Positions 58,517-64,000 of a DNA stretch of 64,000 bases are shown piece by piece (positions within the stretch are counted from its first letter, which is position 1; each line of letters opens with the position of its first letter). The position numbers were made by a program, and so were the translations under genes. The stretch spans positions 3,012 through 67,011 of the forward strand of contig CAZFAZ010000049.1 in NCBI GenBank assembly GCA_964517155.1, in the 5' to 3' direction. The notes beneath the pieces were generated by a model. It did not search any database, was not told the DNA's origin, and worked only from the letters and a program-made list of their open reading frames with translations. Origin of the DNA: an uncultured Thermoplasmatales archaeon (GTDB taxonomy: Archaea > Thermoplasmatota > E2 > DHVEG-1).

Positions 58517-59110
58517 TTATCTAGCAGATTTAGCAACACGCTCAACATCATTTTTCTTTGCAACAGCAAAAGAAGATACATCATTTTTGCTTGCTTTTAT
58601 TAGTTCATCTGCAAGACAGCTTTCTATGCTTTTTTTGTTTTTATATGTTGCATTTACTGCTCCTTGTGAAATATTTCTAATAGCTACATCTAGTCTTCTT
58701 TGTGGTGATACATCTACTGCTTTGGGGACATTTATTCCACCAAAACGCAGACGTGTGGTTTCTTCTTTTGGAGCAGAATTTTGAAGTGCATCTATTAAAA
58801 CTTGCATAGGGTTTTTCTTTGTTTTTTTATCAATTATTTCAAAAGCATCGCGTACTACTTTGTAAGCTTTAGTTTTTTTGCCGTTATAGTTTTCTGTTCT
58901 CATTATATTATTTATTAATCTTTCAACTATTGGTATTTTCGATTTTCCAAAAAGTTTGTTGCTGTAGATTCCACCGGTATAGATTTTTTCTGTTTCTGTA
59001 TTTATATATCTTGCAAGTCCTTGATCTTCTATTTTTACTTCATCCATGTTGTATTTAGATAGCATTGGAAAGAAATCATTTGTTTTTTGTTTATCTGTTT
59101 TTTTTGTCAT
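58517..59110 (-). CDS. rps7: 30S ribosomal protein S7
   Basis: Archaeal uS7 length and conserved RLRFGGINVPKAVDVSPQRR region; classical position before EF-2. Confidence 0.9.
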   Translation of the reverse strand: MTKKTDKQKTNDFFPMLSKYNMDEVKIEDQGLARYINTETEKIYTGGIYSNKLFGKSKIPIVERLINNIMRTENYNGKKTKAYKVVRDAFEIIDKKTKKNPMQVLIDALQNSAPKEETTRLRFGGINVPKAVDVSPQRRLDVAIRNISQGAVNATYKNKKSIESCLADELIKASKNDVSSFAVAKKNDVERVAKSAR

Positions 59111-59112
59111 AT

Positions 59113-59553
59113 TTATCGTCTCATTGCCTTTTCAACTTTACCTTTAATCATTTCATTTAAGGATACATCATTTACTTTTATTACTTTGAAACGAACACCG
59201 GGGATATCTCCATATGAACGTCCCATACGTCCACCTATTCCTTCTACCATTACTTCATCATGCTCATCTATAAAACTAATAGCATTGTTACCTGGTGCAA
59301 AAGCAGTTATTTGTCTACCGTTTTTTATTAGTTGTACTTTTACACATTTGCGGATAGCTGAATTTGGTTGTTTTGCTTCTATCCCTACTTTTTCAACAAC
59401 GATTCCTCTAGCTTGCGCTGTACCTTCAAGTGGATCTGCTTTTTCTTTGAGGTGCAGTACACGTTTTTTGTAGTATCTATCATTCCAGAGTTGTTGTTTT
59501 CTGGATTTTTTTAGCTTTCTTGCTGCATTTATTCCTTTGCCCAAGTTGTTCAC
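59113..59553 (-). CDS. rps12: 30S ribosomal protein S12
   Basis: uS12 motif [26 protein letters not shown]. Confidence 0.9.
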   Translation of the reverse strand: MNNLGKGINAARKLKKSRKQQLWNDRYYKKRVLHLKEKADPLEGTAQARGIVVEKVGIEAKQPNSAIRKCVKVQLIKNGRQITAFAPGNNAISFIDEHDEVMVEGIGGRMGRSYGDIPGVRFKVIKVNDVSLNEMIKGKVEKAMRR

Positions 59554-59992
59554 CTGTTATACGTAAGGTATCGCTGTATGCACTTTTAATATTTAAATCC
59601 TTATGCTTAATATTTTGTTAACTAAGATAATAATTAATATATAACAAATTTTAAAACTAAGGAGTGTGATTTTATTATTGTAATTTATGAATGGTTCACT
59701 CTTTAAAATTAGTTTATTTGCGATAGTTTTTATCTTATTATTTACTAGTTTTTTTGCTTTTTATTCTTTTAATGATGCTGGGAAGATTTATTATTGCTAT
59801 TGAACAAATTGATATAAATGACACTATTATAACCATAAAAGTAATTTTTAATGAAATACTGAAATTTATCTTAAGCTTCATCTTTATCCTCCATTTTATG
59901 TAGACGGAGATTCAAGCATTATTGCGTTATACTCTCAACTATTTAAACTGTTTTATCATATAAAACTATGATTATTAACAAAAACGATTTTA

Positions 59993-61108
59993 TTATTTAT
60001 AAGTTCTGTAGCCATCTTTATCTATATATAATTCGTTTTGTTCAAGAATCACATGATTTTCAATTGCCAAGAACGCTTTTCCTTCTAGTAGTATATCATT
60101 ACCGTATCTAATGAAAACTGGGCCAGACATTGATATATTAAGTGATTCATTGCTTCCATCATCTGTAAAAAGCCTTAGATGACCGACACTTTCAACTCCA
60201 AAATTTTGATATATCTCAGTTTGAATTTTATTAGAGCCTTTTGCAGTGCCTGCACATTCAACGGGTATCCAACCATTTATACCAAGATTTCCACCTACAA
60301 ACACTTCAACCCAAGCATGAGGTACCGCAGATATTTTTTCATCATCATAATCTGTTAATATGCCACGTATGAAACGTGCAGGTATATCTAAAGCCCTGCA
60401 AAGTGACATATAAAGAATTGATAAGTCATCACAATCCCCTGCTTTATCATAAAATGTTTTAGATGCGGTTTGAACAGTATAATCTCCAGGATGAGTTTTA
60501 TAATTTGTATTATTTTTAAGCCATACAAAAAGGTTTTTTGCAACAATAAAAGAATTAGTAGTGCCAGATTCTAATAAAACAGTTTCAGCTACATTTTTAA
60601 TAGCGGGATTATCTGAGTTCACATACACAGTGTCATTATGTACCTGCGGTTGGCAATATTGTTTCACTAGCTCAGGATAATCTGTTTTAATTTCATTTAT
60701 AGTTAATGCATCTTTACCGTTTAAGTCATAAAAAATAAAACTTTGTGCTATAACATCTGCCTCGACACCAAGAACATAATTATTGCTATCTTTACTTTTT
60801 ATATTCCATCTAATCATATCATTGCTTGCAATTTTTTCTATCTGATGAGCGTAAGAGTCATTTATAACTTCATAAGAAATTGTTCCAGGTGTTAAAACTT
60901 GAGGTATATCGCAATCATATTTTATTTCGTAATTACCAGAACCTGTAGAATTTATAAAATAACCATATCTTATTTTATAACTAATTTTTGTTGGATGTGG
61001 TTGATATGTAATGCTGCCATCATCAAATTTTAGTATATCAACACAACCGGTTAATGCTAAAAAAGAAAGAACAACTAAACATATTACTACATTTATCTTT
61101 TTATACAT
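59993..61108 (-). CDS. Lipoprotein with transglutaminase-like domain
   Basis: Signal peptide with lipobox-like LALTGC; core GDCDDLSILYMSLCRALDIPARFIRG ... HAWVEVFV ... Cys-His-Asp arrangement. Confidence 0.6.
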   Translation of the reverse strand: MYKKINVVICLVVLSFLALTGCVDILKFDDGSITYQPHPTKISYKIRYGYFINSTGSGNYEIKYDCDIPQVLTPGTISYEVINDSYAHQIEKIASNDMIRWNIKSKDSNNYVLGVEADVIAQSFIFYDLNGKDALTINEIKTDYPELVKQYCQPQVHNDTVYVNSDNPAIKNVAETVLLESGTTNSFIVAKNLFVWLKNNTNYKTHPGDYTVQTASKTFYDKAGDCDDLSILYMSLCRALDIPARFIRGILTDYDDEKISAVPHAWVEVFVGGNLGINGWIPVECAGTAKGSNKIQTEIYQNFGVESVGHLRLFTDDGSNESLNISMSGPVFIRYGNDILLEGKAFLAIENHVILEQNELYIDKDGYRTYK

Positions 61109-61110
61109 TT

Positions 61111-62973
61111 TTACCTGCTAAAAAAGCCTTTTTTATTTGTTTGTAGAGACATTTTATATTTACATCCTTGGCTCATCGGGCATTTAATGCATTTTGGATT
61201 ATCAACTGTGCAGAAATTTTCAGCAAGTTTTGCAAGTGAATCAAGGTATTTGTAAACATTTTCATTCATTTTTTCTGCTTCTTTGGTAAGTGCTTTAATT
61301 GCTTCATCCGGATCATCAGTGTCAACCCATCCTAATCTTTTTGCAACGCGTCCAACGTTTTTTGCTTTATCTGTTACATTTGCCTTTTTTTCAATAGTAG
61401 GTTTTGGTGTTGCATATGTCATAGGCTCTGCTTTTGGTATTTCTACTTTTGGAACACTAGGTGCTGGTGCTTCAAAGGCGTCTTCGCCGCCTTTACGTGA
61501 GATTCCTACTGATTTGCCACCGTGATTGGTTTCGCGTGTACGGATCTCAGCCATAACTGGCATTTGAAGACCTGCGCCAGAAATTAGAGCGACACCGATA
61601 GGTAATCGTTGTATCTCACTATATGTTTGACTTGTAAGACCTTCAACTGATTGAATAATTGCTTTTAAATCATTAGGATTTGTAACTTTTAAAATGATAT
61701 TTGTGTTACATTGAGAAATAATATTTTTATCTACTTTTGCAGGACGCTGAGAAACAATACAAAGTCCCATCCCAAATTTACGGCCTTCTGATGCAACAGT
61801 TCTTAAGATATTTGAAGAAACTGCACTTCCAAATCCTCTCTCTGGGCAATAGTTGTGTGCTTCTTCAACAACAAGTAAAAAAGGAGGGATTTTACCTGCT
61901 TTTCTATCATCAAAAAGCTCTTTTGTAAGCCTTGTAACAACTACATCCTGAACATCAGGTGCAACACCCTTCATATTAATAAGTGCACATTTGCCTTTTT
62001 TAACAAGTTCACTTGTAGGTGTACCATTTTCAGAGAACACACCTATGCTGTCAAGTGATTCAAGAGACGCTATTACATTCCATCGAGCATTGCTTTTACT
62101 GCGGTTTACAGCATCAATTATATCTCTTAAGTTATAAATTGATTTGTATTCTTTAACTTCTTTAATTGCTTGATACAAAACACCTATTTGAGGTCCTGAT
62201 AGTTTTGCAGATAAAAGATCGATAATCTCCCGGGCTTTAAGATTCAAACCATTTAATGTAATGTGGTTTATACTGCCCCTGCTACCTATTGGAGAATATT
62301 CATTTATCTGGCTTTTATAATCCTGTTTTTTTATGTTGAAACGTTCCATGTTTTTTTGATCTTTAAGACTTTTATTAGATTCAGTTAAAGAATGGTATTC
62401 GCCATGTGTATCAATAATTACAAGTGGTACATCATGTTTTAAAAGCTCTTCAATAATAACACCACAGGCATAACTTTTACCACCGCCAGTTTTTGCAAGT
62501 ATACAAATATGTTTTTGAACTAAAGCATCAATATTTAGATAAACAGCAAGGCTGTGGCCTTTTAAAAGACCAATATATGCACCGTTTTCTTTACTAGCAC
62601 TTAGGCCTAAAACATGGCGAATTAAATCTTCATTTGCACGAATAAGTGCAGTACCTGCACGAAAGGGAGTTCGTGGGCTTTGAAGAAGACCTTTGTTATC
62701 GCGATAGCCTATAACATCTGCAATAGCAGAAACACTAGTCTTGATAGTGTGCGGTGTTTCACCAGAGTGCATCAGCATAGCGACATCTTCAAATTTTAAA
62801 TCACTTATTTCTTTAAGATCCATTATCTGCGCAAGCATATTGCCCTCTTTATGAGGTGCAAAAATATAATCAAACTTACGTAAATTTTGTCCGTTTACTG
62901 CAAAATTAAATTCATTACTTCCTACATCGCCGTAGATATAGCCGACAATATCTTTTTTTTCTTGTTCTTGCAT
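61111..62973 (-). CDS. HerA/FtsK-like (DUF87) P-loop ATPase with C-terminal Cys4 cluster motif
   Basis: N-terminal HAS-barrel-like region, Walker A LAKTGGGKSY, Walker B LLVVEEAH, C-terminal FCTVDNPKCIKCPMSQGC (C-x6-C-x2-C-x5-C). Confidence 0.65.
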   Translation of the reverse strand: MQEQEKKDIVGYIYGDVGSNEFNFAVNGQNLRKFDYIFAPHKEGNMLAQIMDLKEISDLKFEDVAMLMHSGETPHTIKTSVSAIADVIGYRDNKGLLQSPRTPFRAGTALIRANEDLIRHVLGLSASKENGAYIGLLKGHSLAVYLNIDALVQKHICILAKTGGGKSYACGVIIEELLKHDVPLVIIDTHGEYHSLTESNKSLKDQKNMERFNIKKQDYKSQINEYSPIGSRGSINHITLNGLNLKAREIIDLLSAKLSGPQIGVLYQAIKEVKEYKSIYNLRDIIDAVNRSKSNARWNVIASLESLDSIGVFSENGTPTSELVKKGKCALINMKGVAPDVQDVVVTRLTKELFDDRKAGKIPPFLLVVEEAHNYCPERGFGSAVSSNILRTVASEGRKFGMGLCIVSQRPAKVDKNIISQCNTNIILKVTNPNDLKAIIQSVEGLTSQTYSEIQRLPIGVALISGAGLQMPVMAEIRTRETNHGGKSVGISRKGGEDAFEAPAPSVPKVEIPKAEPMTYATPKPTIEKKANVTDKAKNVGRVAKRLGWVDTDDPDEAIKALTKEAEKMNENVYKYLDSLAKLAENFCTVDNPKCIKCPMSQGCKYKMSLQTNKKGFFSR

Positions 62974-63018
62974 CGAATAATCCCCAAACTAGTTTTTTAT
63001 ATATACGGGCCGGGTTTA

Positions 63019-63828
63019 TTATATTTTTTGTAATTTTTCTTCGAGATATGCAGGTAGTTGTGCAAGTACCATTAGTGCTTCGATTTCCATGAAATGAAGA
63101 CTGCCTGGAACAACAATACTATGGAGTGGTTCACCAAAATCTTCTTCTATTAACTCTTTAATAATTCCTGCTTTAACAACAGGTTTTTCCGATCCTGCTC
63201 GAGCAACGACGCAAACTACAGTTTTTTCATCAAATAATTTTTCTTTAACTTTTTTTTCCATTTCAAAAAGAAGATTTAATCCTTCATTTGCAGTCATATA
63301 ACGTTTCTTATCTTCCTGTATATCAAGTAAAACCAATGTATGTAAACCCATTTTTTTGTTATTTTTTATCACCTCATATGGACTTGTTGGAAAGTAATTT
63401 CTTTGAGGATATGCTAGTGTTGTAGTGCGGCCAAACTTGTAGTTTTGCAAACCTAATAAACCTGAGACGGCTGTTACAATACTGCTACCGTGTATTACTT
63501 TTGTTTTAATTCCTTGTTTTTTTGCTCTGATACTCAAATCAACATGTGTTGTAGCAGTCATAGAATCTCCCGCTGTTAAAAAAACAGTTTTTTGTTTTTC
63601 TGCAGAGTTAATTATTAACTCTCCTTTTTCTGTTTCTTCTCGATTTAATATAACTATTTTTTTACCAAACAGTTTTTCTAGTTTTTCAATATTTGTTCCA
63701 ACTAGTTTTGCTGTGTAGAATTCTGCAAAAATTTTGTCTGCTTTTTTTATTTCATCAAGTCCTTTTATTGAGATATCTTTTTCATCGTATAGTCCAAGTC
63801 CAATAAATGATAAAGTTCCTTTTATCAT
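63019..63828 (-). CDS. dph5: Diphthine synthase
   Basis: N-terminus LSFIGLGLYDEKDISIKGLDEIKKADKIF typical of Dph5 (tetrapyrrole methylase fold), 269 aa. Confidence 0.85.
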   Translation of the reverse strand: MIKGTLSFIGLGLYDEKDISIKGLDEIKKADKIFAEFYTAKLVGTNIEKLEKLFGKKIVILNREETEKGELIINSAEKQKTVFLTAGDSMTATTHVDLSIRAKKQGIKTKVIHGSSIVTAVSGLLGLQNYKFGRTTTLAYPQRNYFPTSPYEVIKNNKKMGLHTLVLLDIQEDKKRYMTANEGLNLLFEMEKKVKEKLFDEKTVVCVVARAGSEKPVVKAGIIKELIEEDFGEPLHSIVVPGSLHFMEIEALMVLAQLPAYLEEKLQKI

Positions 63829-64000
63829 AAAGAATCAATATCTATAAGCGACACTGATTCAATAAATCTTTGTTTGAGCAACATTAAATATAAAAACTTT
63901 TATTACGAATTTGTAATGTTTAATAGCGGATATGAATTTTTTGCAGTTCCTGCTTTTATAGTAGGCGTATTGTTTCTTTATAAAGGCTCAGATATACTTG

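Overview
This looks like an AT-rich (~30% GC) archaeal chromosome segment. The archaeal assignment rests on DNA polymerase D small and large subunits (the large one carrying an intein), MCM, aEF-2 with the S12-S7-EF2 ribosomal gene order, diphthine synthase, archaeal-type TyrRS, Trm1, ThyX, an SRP (7S) RNA, and the AcnX/UbiD-type archaeal mevalonate pathway. Most of the window is densely packed housekeeping and metabolic genes: purine and folate enzymes, archaetidylserine synthase and decarboxylase next to an archaeosortase-like gene, and an Mbh-like Mrp membrane module. An accessory-looking patch at about 19.9-27.1 kb contains paired YbjQ/DUF74 genes with small membrane and zinc-ribbon ribbon-helix-helix (RHH) proteins, two ABC transporters, two paralogous RHH genes carrying dense arrays of the octamer GGTAAACC, and RelE-type toxin-antitoxin cassettes, one of them flanked by a perfect 22-nt direct repeat. 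Further points of interest are an operon of HD hydrolase, CitF-like CoA-transferase, short citrate-synthase-like lyase and fused aconitase-family dehydratase with no ACP or CitDE partners; a conserved unknown ORF embedded in the mevalonate cluster; an Mrp/Mbh module that has a NuoH-like subunit but no hydrogenase catalytic subunits; and a HerA-like ATPase with a C-terminal EndoIII-type Cys4 motif. I found no rRNA, tRNA or CRISPR array. All calls come from reading the ORF translations and raw sequence; no database search was run.
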